This document shows positions 8,355-20,700 of a stretch of 64,000 nt of DNA, piece after piece (within the stretch, counting starts at the first letter, position 1; each line of letters opens with the position of its first letter). Source of the stretch: Alphaproteobacteria bacterium. GTDB taxonomy: Bacteria; Pseudomonadota; Alphaproteobacteria; UBA2966. The stretch covers positions 194,131 through 258,130 of the forward strand of contig OZ241357.1 of NCBI GenBank assembly GCA_965200265.1. Reading direction: 5' to 3'. Below the pieces are notes generated by a model. It was not told the origin of the DNA. It did no database searches and saw only the letters and a list, made by a program, of their open reading frames with translations. Both the position numbers and the translations under genes were made by a program.

Positions 8355-10145
8355 TCAGAACCGCTCCGCCGGAAGCGCCATCATGGCGTCCTTTCCCGAC
8401 ACGATCCGCGACAGCAGCGACGACGTGTCGGGAAGCATCCGCGCGAAGAAGAAATCGGCGGTCGCGAGCTTCGCCTCGTAGAAGGCGCGCTCGTCCGTTC
8501 CCCGGGCCAGTGCGTCCCGCGCCGCCCGCGCCGTCCGCGCCCACAGATACCCCACCACGACCAGGGCGAACAGGCGGAGGTAGTCGCGGGCCGCGCCCGC
8601 CGCCTGTTCGGGGTCCTGCGCGCCTTTCTCCCCGATCCATGCCGTCGCCGATTGCAGCCGTCCGAAGGACTTGCCCAGAAGGCCCGCCATGTCCTTCAGG
8701 TCCTCGTCCCCGGCGGCCTCGGCGACGAACCGGTCGATCGGATGGAACACCTGCCGCAGCGCGCGGCCGTGGCGGGCCGGGATCTTGCGGCCCACGAGGT
8801 CGAGGGCCTGGATGCCGTTCGTGCCCTCGTAGATCTGCGTGATCCTGGCGTCGCGCACGAACTGCTCCGCCCCGGTGTCGCGGACGTAGCCGGCGCCGCC
8901 GTGAACCTGGAGGCCGAGATTGGTCGCCTCGAAGCCCATGTCCGTCAGCCACGCCTTGACGACGGGGGTGACGAGCGAGACCAGGTCCCCGGCGTCGCGG
9001 CGCGCCCGTTCGTCGGGGTCGTGACGCGCCATGTCCAGCGCGAAGGCCGTCCACAGGGCCAGGGCGCGGCCGCCCTCGGTGAACGCCCGCATGGTCATCA
9101 GCATACGCCGCACGTCGGGATGGACGATGATCGGGTCGGCCGCCGCGCCGGGCGGCCCGCCGCCCGACGGCGCGCGACCCTGAAGCCGCTCCTTCGCGTA
9201 GGCGGCCGCATTCTGGTAGGCGACCTCTCCCAGCGCCAGTCCCTGGACGCCGACGCCGAGGCGGGCCCGGTTCATCATCGTGAACATGGCGTGAAGGCCG
9301 CGGTTCTCCTCGCCCAGCAGGTAGCCCGTGGCGCCGTCGTAGTGCATGACGCACGTCGCCGACGCCTTGATGCCCATCTTGCGTTCGATGGCGCCGCAGA
9401 CGACGGCGTTGCGTTCTCCGGGCTCGCCGTCGGGTCCGATCAGGAACTTGGGCACGATGAACAGGCTGATGCCGCGGACGCCCGCCGGCGCGCCGGCGAT
9501 GCGCGCGAGCACCAGATGGATGATGTTCTCCGTCAGATCGTGCTCGCCGGCGGAAATGAACGCCTTGGTGCCGGTGACGGAATACGTCCCGTCTTCCCGC
9601 GGCTCGGCCCGCGTCCGCAGCAGCCCCAGGTCGGTGCCGCAGTGCGGCTCGGTCAGGTTCATGGTGCCGCTCCATTCGCCGGAGAGCATCCGGGGCAGGT
9701 AGGCCCGGCGCTGCGCGTCGTTGCCATGGGTGTCGATGGCCAGCGCCGCGCCCGCGGTCAATCCCACGTAGGTCTCGAAGGAGAGGTTGGCCGAACCCCT
9801 CATCTCGGCCACGCACGTCGCGACGACCTGCGGCAGCCCGGCGCCGCCGTACTCCGGATCGCCGTCGAGGCCGACCCAGCCCGCCTCGCGGCAGGTCCGG
9901 TAGGCGTCCTTGAACCCGCGCGGCGTCGCGACGACGCCGTCCTCGAAGCGGCACCCCTCCTCGTCGCCGTCGCGGTTCAGCGGAAAGAGGACCTCCTCCG
10001 CCATCCGGCCGCCTTCCTCCAGCACCGAATCGACGGTTTCCCGCGCCGCATCGGCGAACGTCGGAACGTTCCGGTAGCGCTCGACCCGCAACAGCTCGTG
10101 CAGCACGAAGCGATGGTCGCGCAAAGGGGCGCGGTAGGCGGTCAC
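8355..10145 (-). CDS. long acyl-CoA dehydrogenase of the DmdC/AidB-like type (N-terminal AcylCoA_DH_N plus C-terminal extension)
   Basis: 596 aa. N-terminus MTAYRAPLRDHRFVLHELL matches the PF12418-type N-domain of 3-methylmercaptopropionyl-CoA dehydrogenase-like ACADs. Central ACAD core (YEGTNGIQALDLVGRK). About 150-aa C-terminal extension. Confidence 0.85.
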   Translation of the reverse strand: MTAYRAPLRDHRFVLHELLRVERYRNVPTFADAARETVDSVLEEGGRMAEEVLFPLNRDGDEEGCRFEDGVVATPRGFKDAYRTCREAGWVGLDGDPEYGGAGLPQVVATCVAEMRGSANLSFETYVGLTAGAALAIDTHGNDAQRRAYLPRMLSGEWSGTMNLTEPHCGTDLGLLRTRAEPREDGTYSVTGTKAFISAGEHDLTENIIHLVLARIAGAPAGVRGISLFIVPKFLIGPDGEPGERNAVVCGAIERKMGIKASATCVMHYDGATGYLLGEENRGLHAMFTMMNRARLGVGVQGLALGEVAYQNAAAYAKERLQGRAPSGGGPPGAAADPIIVHPDVRRMLMTMRAFTEGGRALALWTAFALDMARHDPDERARRDAGDLVSLVTPVVKAWLTDMGFEATNLGLQVHGGAGYVRDTGAEQFVRDARITQIYEGTNGIQALDLVGRKIPARHGRALRQVFHPIDRFVAEAAGDEDLKDMAGLLGKSFGRLQSATAWIGEKGAQDPEQAAGAARDYLRLFALVVVGYLWARTARAARDALARGTDERAFYEAKLATADFFFARMLPDTSSLLSRIVSGKDAMMALPAERF

Positions 10146-10155
10146 GACGGGCCTC

Positions 10156-12494
10156 CTAATTCCGCAAGGGCCTGCCCGTATCCAGCATATGCTCGATCCG
10201 GTCCCACGTCTCCGGCCGGCGGATCAGCGCCATGAACGCCGCGCGCTCCAGCTCGAGCAGCCGCCGTTCGTCGAGACTCCGCGTCGCGTCGGTCTCGCCG
10301 CCGGTGACGACGCCCGCCAGGGCGTCGGCGATCACGCGGTCGTGCGCCGTCGCGTCGCCCCGCCGCGCCATGCCGTCCACGACCAGGTTCAGGGTCGCCC
10401 GTCCGCTCGGGCCGGGAAGGCCGATCGCGGACGGCGCCGGCGGTTCGTAGCCCTCGACCAGGGACAGGGCCTTGGCCTTGGCGTCCGCCAGCACCCGGCG
10501 CCGGTTCATGGTGATGCCGTCGTCCGGCCCCAGGTAGAGGAGGTCCACGGCCTCCCGCGCCGACCGGGACACCTTGGCCCCGCCGATGGTCTCGAAGGCG
10601 TCGACGACCGGCGGCATGGGGCCGCCGGGGCGGTCCTTCCGCGCGAACGCGCGGGCGAGCAGTTCCTTGATCCCGCCCCAGCCGGGGACGAGCCCCACGC
10701 CGGCCTCGACGAGACCGAGATACGTCTCGGCATGGGCCTGCACGGCGTCGCAGTGCATGAGGATTTCGCAGCCGCCGCCGAGCGCCCTGCCCGCCGGCGC
10801 CCCGACGACGGGGAACGGCGCGTACTTGAGCGCCAGGAACGCCCGCTGTCCTTCCTCCAGCGCTCGCTCGATCGGCGCCCACATCGCGGCGTTGACGGCG
10901 AACAGGGCGGCGCCCAGGTTGGCGCCCACCGAGAAATCGTCGCCGTCGTGGCCGACGATCAGCGCCCTGTATCCACGTTCGTGCACGGCGGCGGCTTCCC
11001 GCGTCATGGCGATGATGCCGTCGTCGATGGCGTTCATCCTGGTGTGGAACTCGAGACAGGCGACGCCGTCGCCCACGTCCCAGAGGCTGGCGGACCCGTT
11101 CCCCGCGATCGGCTCGCGGCCGCGCTTCATGTCCGCGAGACGCCATGCGTCGGGCGGCGTGTCGAGGGCGGCATACCCGCCCGCCGGCGAGAGCTGCCGG
11201 ACCTCGCGGCCCGCCTCCCGGTAGAGCGGCCGCCCGGCCGCCGCTTCCAGCAACGGCGGGACCTCGCGCCCGTCCGCCTTCAGCCGCTCGACGAACCAGC
11301 CGCACCCGAGCCGGTCGATCATCTCCAGGGGACCGGACTTCCACCCGTAGCCGGCCGTCATCGCCCGGTCGACGTCGGCGATCCGCTCCGCCACGTCCGG
11401 CACCAGCGAGGCGGCGTAGGCGAGCACCCGGGACAGCACGCGCCAGGCGTACCGGCCGCCCTTGTCGGGATGCTCCACGAGCGTCCGCAGCCCGCCGTCC
11501 CCGGCGGCCGCCACGCTGTCGAGGCGCGGTTTCGATACGGGACGGTACGCGCCGGTCTCGAGGTCCCGGGCCTGGAGCTCGCGCGCCTCGCCATCGCGCG
11601 CCATGCGGTAGAACCCGCCCTCGCCCCGCCGGCCGATACGGCCCTCCGCGATCATGCCGGAGAGCAGGGCGGCCAGCGGCCCCTCCGCGTCGAACTCGCG
11701 GCACAAGGCGTCGTCCGGGGGAAGCATCTCCAGCATGGTCGCGTTGACCCTGGGCGCGAGGTCGATGCCCGTCAGGTCCATGAGCCCGAAGATCCCGGTC
11801 TTCGGAATGCCCATCGGCGGCCCGACCACGGCGTCCGCTTCCTCGACGGTCAGCCCCAGGGCCAACGCCTCGCTCATCGCCACGCAGGACCAGTAGATGC
11901 CGACGCGGTTGCCGATGAATCCCGGGGTGTCCTTGGCGCGCACGACCTCCTTGCCGAGGCGAACGTCGCAGAACTCGCGGATCGAGTCGCTCGCCTCGGG
12001 ACGCATGTCCGGCCCCGGCACGAATTCCAGCAGACGCATGTACCGCGGCGGGTTGAAGAAGTGCGTGATCGCGAAGTCGGAGGCGAAGCGCCCGGGCATC
12101 CCCTCGATCAGGCGGGCGAGCGGGATGGTCGACGTGTTCGACGTGACGACCGATCCCGCCTTGCGGACGGAGTCGACGGCTCGGTAGACGTCCCGCTTGA
12201 CGTCGAGGTCCTCGACCACGGCCTCGCAGATCCAGTCCGCGTCGTCCAGCAGCCCGATGTCGTCCTCGAGGTTCCCCGGCGCCACCAGTTCGGCCACGCT
12301 CCGGTGCATGAACGGCGCCGGCGTCGCCTCCAGCATCGCCGAGACGGCGCCTTCCGCCAGCTCGTTCCGGTTGTCCGCCCCCTCGGGAACGACGTCCAGC
12401 AGCGCCACCGGTACGCCGGCGTTGGCGACATGCGCGGCGATGGCGCTCCCCATCCGCCCGGCGCCGATCACGGCCGCCTTCGCGATGCCGGGCA

Positions 12495-12495
<1 letters not shown>
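10156..12495 (-). CDS. fused 3-hydroxyacyl-CoA dehydrogenase (N-terminal) / enoyl-CoA hydratase (C-terminal)
   Basis: Real start MPGIAKAAVIGAGRMGSAIAAHV (Rossmann GxGxxG) at 12495, overlapping the thiolase stop as ATGA. The C-terminal half has a crotonase fold (ALIVGHDGDDFSVGANLG...GGGCEILMHCD). Domain order is reversed relative to FadB. Confidence 0.85.
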
Positions 12496-13631
<1,136 letters not shown>

Positions 13632-13783
13632 CTGTCATCCTCCTCCCGTCGCGACGGCCGGATCCGTGTGGAACACGATATCATGATTGGCCGGCCGGGG
13701 GCGCGAAGGCCATATGGTGAATGGTGTCGCCACGGCGCCGCCGGGCGGACGAGGGAAACGCGCGGAGACGGGTTCACACGCCG

Positions 13784-14530
13784 ATGACGACGCTCGACAT
13801 GACGTTCGCGGCGGCCGGCGGCGCGGGCGTCGTCAGCTTCCTGTCGCCCTGCGTGCTGCCGCTGGTGCCGGCCTACCTGTGCTACATCGCCGGCGCGTCC
13901 CTGGACGAGGTCCTGGGGGACGACGGCGCGGTCGAGCGGGCCATGAGCCGCCGCGTGGCGCTGGCGGCGTTCGCCTTCGTGCTCGGGTTCTCGACCGTGT
14001 TCGTGCTGATGGGGGCGTCGGCGTCGGCCATCAACCGGCTGATCGTCGAATACGTCGATATCGTGGCCAAGGTCGCCGGCGCCGTCATCGTGCTCTTCGG
14101 CCTGCACTTCATGGGCCTGCTCCGGATTCCCCTGCTCTACCGCGAGATCCGGTTCAATCCGGGCGCGAGTCCCGCGGGACCGGTCGGCGCCTACGTCGTC
14201 GGGCTGGCGTTCGCGTTCGGCTGGACGCCGTGCGTCGGCCCGGTCCTGGCGACGATCCTGACCATCGCCGCCAGCCGCGACTCTCTCGGCTACGGCGTGT
14301 CCCTGCTCGCCGTCTACGCGCTGGGGCTGGGGATTCCGTTCATGATCGCCGCGCTCTGCCTCGGCCCCTTCATGAACTTCCTGCGGCGTTTCCGGCGGCA
14401 CGTCCGCAAGGTCGAGATCGCGACCGGCACGTTGCTGGCGGCGACGGGCGTCCTCGTTTTCACCGACGCCCTGTCGACATTCGGCTTCTACCTTCTGGAG
14501 GTCTTTCCCGCTCTCGGGGAGATCGGGTAG
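13784..14530 (+). CDS. ccdA: cytochrome c-type biogenesis protein CcdA / DsbD-like thiol:disulfide transmembrane transporter
   Basis: FLSPCVLPLVPAYL motif (Cys in TM1) and a second Cys in FGWTPCVGPVLA. Six TM helices. Start chosen at MTTLDMTF; the ORF track begins 21 codons earlier. Confidence 0.8.
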   Translation: MTTLDMTFAAAGGAGVVSFLSPCVLPLVPAYLCYIAGASLDEVLGDDGAVERAMSRRVALAAFAFVLGFSTVFVLMGASASAINRLIVEYVDIVAKVAGAVIVLFGLHFMGLLRIPLLYREIRFNPGASPAGPVGAYVVGLAFAFGWTPCVGPVLATILTIAASRDSLGYGVSLLAVYALGLGIPFMIAALCLGPFMNFLRRFRRHVRKVEIATGTLLAATGVLVFTDALSTFGFYLLEVFPALGEIG

Positions 14531-14686
14531 CGACCGGACCCGGACGCGAAGACCCCCGCCGCGCGCGACGGGCCTTTCGGGCGAGGTAGCCGCCTCCTGT
14601 GATATGACCTTTCCGTACCCGGTGCCGGAGCGAGGCGCACGAGCCTTCGTTCCGTATCGGGAGTGACGGATGGTTGGAGGACGGCG

Positions 14687-15082
14687 ATGGACGAACGCAT
14701 GAAGACACACGGCGACTTCGGGTGGTGCGAGCTGATGACCGATGATGTCGACACGGCGCGCGAGTTCTACAAGGCGGTCATCGGCTGGGACACCGAGGTC
14801 GAGGACGTGGGCAAGGGCCCGTACACCCTGCTCAAGATCGGCGACCGCCCGGTCGCGGGCATGATGGCCAAGCCCGAGATGGCGGCAGAGGCGCCGACCG
14901 CGTGGACGTGCTACGTGACGGTCGACGACGTCGACGCGCGCGCCGCCAGGGCGGCGGACGCGGGCGGAACGGTCATCGTTCCCCCCATGGACGTCCCGAC
15001 CGTCGGGCGCATGGCGATCGTCCGGGACCCCACCGGCGGTTGTATCGGCATCATCACCTACGCCGACCCCGTCGAGGCATGA
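14687..15082 (+). CDS. VOC family protein (glyoxalase/bleomycin resistance fold)
   Basis: HGDFGWCELMTDDVDTAREFYKAVIGW is the typical VOC N-terminal beta-alpha-beta motif. GGAGGA lies 5 nt before ATG 14687; an alternative start is 14699. Confidence 0.6.
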   Translation: MDERMKTHGDFGWCELMTDDVDTAREFYKAVIGWDTEVEDVGKGPYTLLKIGDRPVAGMMAKPEMAAEAPTAWTCYVTVDDVDARAARAADAGGTVIVPPMDVPTVGRMAIVRDPTGGCIGIITYADPVEA

Positions 15083-15104
15083 CGGCGAACCCGTCCGTCG
15101 TCCA

Positions 15105-15956
15105 TCACCCCGCCGCGTTCAACACGATCACGCCGGCGGCCACGAGCGCCGACGCGGCGATCCGCCTGCCGCCGAAGCGCTCGCCGAGCACCAGCGCGCC
15201 GATCGCCGCGGCGAAGATCACGCTCGTCTCGCGCAGGGTGGAGACCGCCCCCATTGCCGTGACGCTCATCGCCCAGACCGCCGCGCCGTAGGCGAGGGCC
15301 TGAAGCACGCCTCCCGCCGCGCCCTTCGCGAACTCGGCCTTCAGTGCGGCACGCGCGCGGCCGCGCCGGGCGATGCACGCCCACATGGCGGTGGGAGCGC
15401 CGTTGAGAAGGTGCAGCCAGGCGATGTAGGCGAACGCATTCCCCGCGACGCGCGCGCCCAACCCGTCGACGACCGAATAGGCCGCGATGCAGACCGCCGT
15501 CCCCGTGGCGAAGAGGACGGGACGGGGATCGTGCCTCCACGGCGGTCCCCCTTCGAACGCGAGGCTGACGATTCCGAGGCTGGCGACGCATACCCCGAGC
15601 CACGCCAGGGGCGCCAGCAGTTCCCCCGCGAAAAGGGCCGCCGCGCCGGCGATCATGAGAGGCGACAGGCCGCGCGCCAGGGGATAGACGTGGCTCAGGT
15701 CCCCGACTCGGTATTGCTGGACGAGAAAGAAGTAATACGCCGCGTGGAGAACGACGGAGGCGGTCAGATTGGGCCAGCTTCCGGGCGCGGGGCTCCCGAC
15801 GAAGGGCAGCGTCAGGGCTCCGGCGAACGCCGCCGCCCCGTTCACGACCGCGAGCGTGATCAGCCTGTCGCCGCCGGTCTTGACGAGCGCGTTCCAGCAC
15901 GCATGAAGGAGCGCCGCCACCAGGACCAGCGCGACGACTTCGGTCTCCAGAGACAT
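15105..15956 (-). CDS. EamA/DMT family transporter
   Basis: 283 aa with 10 TM helices in two repeated halves, typical of the drug/metabolite transporter EamA duplication. Confidence 0.8.
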   Translation of the reverse strand: MSLETEVVALVLVAALLHACWNALVKTGGDRLITLAVVNGAAAFAGALTLPFVGSPAPGSWPNLTASVVLHAAYYFFLVQQYRVGDLSHVYPLARGLSPLMIAGAAALFAGELLAPLAWLGVCVASLGIVSLAFEGGPPWRHDPRPVLFATGTAVCIAAYSVVDGLGARVAGNAFAYIAWLHLLNGAPTAMWACIARRGRARAALKAEFAKGAAGGVLQALAYGAAVWAMSVTAMGAVSTLRETSVIFAAAIGALVLGERFGGRRIAASALVAAGVIVLNAAG

Positions 15957-16062
15957 CCGACGCCGATCGAGCGGAGGGGGGAGCGTCCGGGAGCGGCGCG
16001 TCCGCCCTGCCGGGCGGCGGGTGCGGACGTGTCCGCGAGCGCTCCGGGGCCGGCGCGGCGGC

Positions 16063-17310
16063 TCAACCGTCCGGCGGCCGGCGCGGGTGCTCGACCGGAT
16101 GCGACGCCCACCTGGACGGCGCCACGACGTTCAGCTTCCCGTCCTGGATCTGGCGCAACACCATCGGCTTGGCGATGTTGTTGCCGGCTTCCGAGAACCT
16201 GATGTCGCCGTAGAACGTCGACATGTCGGTATCGGCCAGCGCCTGCCGCAGCTTCTCCGTGTCGAAACTCCGGGCCCGCTCGAACGCGTCCTTCCACACC
16301 ATCACGGCCGCCGATGCCTGGGCCGCCTGATAGGGCACGTTCTCGTAGCCGTCGTAGGTGGCCTTGAAGAGCCTGTCGTAATCGGCCGCCGACCCGAACA
16401 GGTCGTCGCCGTGGCTCAGCGTCTCGGCCCACTGCGTCGGGCACAGGATGCCGTTGGCCGCCGCGCCGAAGTTCTCGATCACCTCCGCCGACTCGCAATG
16501 GGTCATGGCGATCATCGGCGCGTCGATCCGCATTTCCTTGATCTGGCGGACCGCCGTGGCGGCGCCCCTGGAATGTCCCGACACCACCAGGACGTCGGGC
16601 TTGATCGCCTTGACCTTGGTCAGCGTCGCCGACATGTCGCTCAGGTCGCGCGGCAGCCTGTCGTCGATGACGATCCGCATCCCGTGCCTCCCGGCGTCGC
16701 CGACCACGCCGGCCCGGACGTCGAGCGAGAACGGGTCGTCCTCGAACGCCATGGCGAGCTTCAGGTCCGACGGCTCGCGGCCGTTCTTCCCGGCGATCTC
16801 GGCGGCGAGGTCGATGGCGCTCGCGAGGTACTGCTCGGAGGTCGACAGCACGCCGAACAGATACCTGTAGCCCTGCGTGAACAGCGAGCGGGACGCGCCC
16901 CCGGCTTCGACCATCGGAATCCTGTATTTCTCGGTCACCGGCGCGATCGCCTTGGTCAGGCCCGAGGAGTACGGGCCCAGCATGAACCTGATGCCGTCCT
17001 GCCTGATCAGACGCTCGGCGAGCCGGGCGCCGCGCGCCGGGGTCGACTCGTCGTCGTGGTACCTGATTTCCAGCATGAATGACTTGTCGCCCACCCTCAC
17101 GCCGCCCGCCTTGTTGATCATGTCGACGGCGAGGTTGTAGCCGTTCGAGGCGTGGATGCCGTTCGTCGAATACTTGCCGGTCAAGGAGATGGCCGCACCG
17201 AGGACGATCCTGTCTCCCTCGACCTTGGCGTCCGCCGGACCGGCGACGGCCAGACCCATCGCGAACGCGCCGGCCGCGACGGCCATGCACACGCGCAGTG
17301 AACGTTTCAT
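16063..17310 (-). CDS. ABC transporter substrate-binding protein, type I periplasmic binding fold (Leu/Ile/Val-binding protein family)
   Basis: 415 aa with a signal peptide (MKRSLRVCMAVAAGAFAMGLAVAGPADA). The body matches the LivK/ANF-receptor family. No permease or ATPase genes adjacent, so it is an orphan SBP. Confidence 0.8.
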   Translation of the reverse strand: MKRSLRVCMAVAAGAFAMGLAVAGPADAKVEGDRIVLGAAISLTGKYSTNGIHASNGYNLAVDMINKAGGVRVGDKSFMLEIRYHDDESTPARGARLAERLIRQDGIRFMLGPYSSGLTKAIAPVTEKYRIPMVEAGGASRSLFTQGYRYLFGVLSTSEQYLASAIDLAAEIAGKNGREPSDLKLAMAFEDDPFSLDVRAGVVGDAGRHGMRIVIDDRLPRDLSDMSATLTKVKAIKPDVLVVSGHSRGAATAVRQIKEMRIDAPMIAMTHCESAEVIENFGAAANGILCPTQWAETLSHGDDLFGSAADYDRLFKATYDGYENVPYQAAQASAAVMVWKDAFERARSFDTEKLRQALADTDMSTFYGDIRFSEAGNNIAKPMVLRQIQDGKLNVVAPSRWASHPVEHPRRPPDG

Positions 17311-17761
17311 CTCTCGATTCCCTTCCGGACGACCCAGGATGCGTTTCCGTCCGCGCCTCGGTCCCGCCCCGACGGAAGCCCGCAGCGCGGATGCCGAAAG
17401 CCATCCTATTTCTTTCCGCGCGCGACGGAAAGCGCCACCCGGCAGTGTCCCGGTTTGAAATATGGCGCGCCGGGCGAGCTTGTGCCGGCTATGCGCGCAT
17501 GGCGCTTCGCGCCGCTGCGAACCAGGAAATTTCCAACCGGGGCGCTACCTACGCATAAGAAGGACAGCTGGATCGTCGTGAATTTCGGGCCTTGAATTCG
17601 GCGCGCGACAACCCATATTCTTCACATGTCGCCCAAAGGGACGGCCGAGTGCGGCCTCCGGGGATATCCAGGATGCGATGTCCCCGCAGGTTCGGCATCG
17701 AGCCGAAGCTCCGCTGGTCCCGGCGGGTCGATTGACGCAACCCTGCATCCGGGAGGCCAAT

Positions 17762-20700
17762 ATGGAAATGCACCAAGACACGACCGTGGCGGTTCTCGTC
17801 GCCACGGCCGATCGGCCGACTCTGCTGACGAGCCGGGCTCTTCCGTCGATCACGGAACAGTCCCGGCCGCCGGACCGTGTGGTCGTCGTCGACGATTCGA
17901 CCGCCGACGCGACCGAACGATTGATCCGGGATTGGCACCCGCCGGGAGTCGACGTCGAATTCCTGCGTAACCGGCGGACGAAAGGCGCGGCCGGCGCATG
18001 GAACTCCGGCATCGATCAGCTGCTTCGGACGGGCGGCGATCCCGATCGGCTCCATGTCGCGATTCTCGACGACGATGACCGGTGGGACCCCCGCCACCTG
18101 GAGGCGTGCCTGGAAGCCGCCGAGACCCGTGGCCTCGATGTGGTCGCGGCGCCTTTCCGGCGAATCGAGGAGGGCGCCGCGCCGCGCTTGACGCTACCGC
18201 CGCCGAACCTCGACGCGGCGGACTTTCTGGTGGGCAATCCCGGCATCCAGGGCAGCAATCTGGTCGTCCGCCTGAGCGTGCTGCTCGAATCCGGGCTGTT
18301 CGACGAGTCGCTCGCGAGCTGCACGGACCGCGACCTGTGCATCCGCATCGCCGAGTTGCCGGGCGTGCGCTACGGCGTCACTTCCGAGACGACCGTCGAT
18401 CATTTCGCCTGCGCATCGCGGCCGCGCCTGTCCACGCCCGGATCGGCCGCCAAACGGGAGGGGTTGGACCGCTTCTGCCGCAAGCACAGCGGCCGCATGT
18501 CGGAGGACCAGCGGAAAGAGTTCGGGGATCGGGCATCCCGGTATTTCGGATGGACGGAACCGAAGGCCGCAACTGCAACCGCAACCGGCAAGGCCGCCTT
18601 CTCGTCCGCTCCACCCCGGTCCTCGGCTTCCGGTCCTGCGCCGCATCTGATCGTCGGCGTGATCGCGGATACGGAGCGGCTCGAAAACGTGGACGGCCTG
18701 CTCGTTGATCTTCGCGGCCTCGCCGAAGACCCTGAACTCTCGGGCCTCGACGTCCTTGTCCTGGAGAACGGCCGGGGCCGCGCGTCCGACCGGTCGCTGC
18801 GCGGTCTGGTCGAGCGCGAGCGTATGGAAGGCTCGCGGGTCCATCTCGTCGACCGTGCGCGGCACGTCGAGGACGCGAGCAACGGGCCGGTTCCCGACGG
18901 CGGGGCGGGAGAGGGCCGCAGGCTGGCCATAGCTCCCGCCCGAACGGTCCTGCAATCGTATCTGTATGCGTTCGCCAAGCGCCGTCCCGGCGCCGTGGTC
19001 TGGATCGTCGACGACGACATGCGGCTGGATCCGCTGATGGCGGCGGACGACGGCCGGCTGATGAGGCGGCGGCCGGACGTCGCGCCTTTTCTGCATGAGC
19101 TTCGTCGGCGACATGCGGGGGGTGAGCTCGATATCGTCATCGGGGCGTATACGGGCGCACCTCCGCTGCCGTTCGCGGCGACCGTGCGCGTGCAACTGGT
19201 CGATCTCGCCGCGTCGCTGCACTGGCTGATGGAACAGGACCCGCGGGCGCCGCTGCCGGATCGGAGTGCGGAGAACGCGGACCTGCGATCCGGCCGGCGC
19301 GACTACTACTACGACCTTTCGCGCAAGGAAACGGACCGCTTGGAAGCGCCGTTCTGGATCGTTCCCGCATTTCCGGACGAGATCGTCGGCGAAGCATTCG
19401 AGCGGATTTCCAGGACGGCCGAACGGATCCTGGCCGGGGAGCAAATCTTCCGGCCCCTCGCGGTCGAAGCCGGCATCGACCCGCTGGGCTCGCTCGGCAA
19501 AGGGTTCCAGCGCGGCGGCAATACCTTCGTGCTGGATATCGAAGCGCTGCGGCTGGCGCCCAACCCCTCCCCGGCCGTCGGCGGGCGGCCGAGCCGGCGT
19601 TCCGACATGATCTGGGCGCTGCTTCAAGCGCACTGTTTCCGCCGGCGCGTCGCCTCCATGCCGTTCCCCCTCTATCACGATCGCTCCCATGTTCCCGTCG
19701 ATGAGCTGGACACCGAGCGCGTCGTGGACGACATCCGCGGCTACGCGACGTTCTCCGCGCTCGACGAGATGTCCGGCGCGTTCGAGGCGGCGGACGATCT
19801 CGGCTTCACCCTCGTCCAAGGAATGACCGAGGACTTCACCGCCCGCGTGCGTAAATATCTCGAAGAACGCTTGGCGGCGTTTCGCCTGTCGTTCTACCGC
19901 GTCCGCGGCTTGATGCGCGTCCTGCGCCGGCTCGTGAACGACAAGGAGTCCTGGTGGGGCGGAGAACGGCACGCTCCTGCCAGGACGCGGCTCCTGGAGT
20001 TCTGCGACCGCCTGGATCGGTCATACACGATGGAGGTCCTGGACCGCATCGAGCGGGGAGTCAGGGAACTGGAGAATCGTGAAATCCGCGAGTTTCTCGC
20101 CCGGCTCCCGGAAGAAATAAAGGAGCACCGCGAACGGCTCTCGCAGTTCCCGATTCTGGCGCGGAGTCTCGAGAGCGAGAGGATCGCCAACGCCAAGGCC
20201 GTCGCTGCGCGGCTGGCCGGGCCCGTCGACCCGCTCGCGGTGCTGGGAAGCGGTATGGAAGGGGTGGCGTTCAGCGACGGAGCGCGTGTGTTCAAGGTTT
20301 TCGACCACTGGACACAATCTGACCGGGTGGATGCTCCGGCGTTTCTGCGCTCTCTCGTGGGTGCGTGGAAGGATACGCGCTGCCTCTACCCGATCCTCGA
20401 TTTTCACGAGGCGGGGCATCGCGCGGTTCTGGTCTATCCCTACGAGGCCAGCGAACCGTATGCCGGCGGCCACGGACCGGGGATGGTGGAGCTTCTCACC
20501 GAATGCCGACGGTACGGCATCGTCTGCCGCAACCTCTATCCCGCCAATCTGCGTGTCGTCGATGGACGGGTCCGGCTGATCGATTACGGCTCGGACCTCC
20601 GCCCCCTCCATGACGAACGCGAATTCACGGCGATGTGCCGGCGCGCCTGGCTGTGTTACCGGTGGGCCAATCGCTCCGACCTCAAGCGGATCATGCGCCG

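Noticed and set aside
7228-8481. 417-aa plus-strand ORF antisense to the CoA-transferase
   Set aside because: The CoA-transferase signature lies on the minus strand. The plus frame is low complexity.
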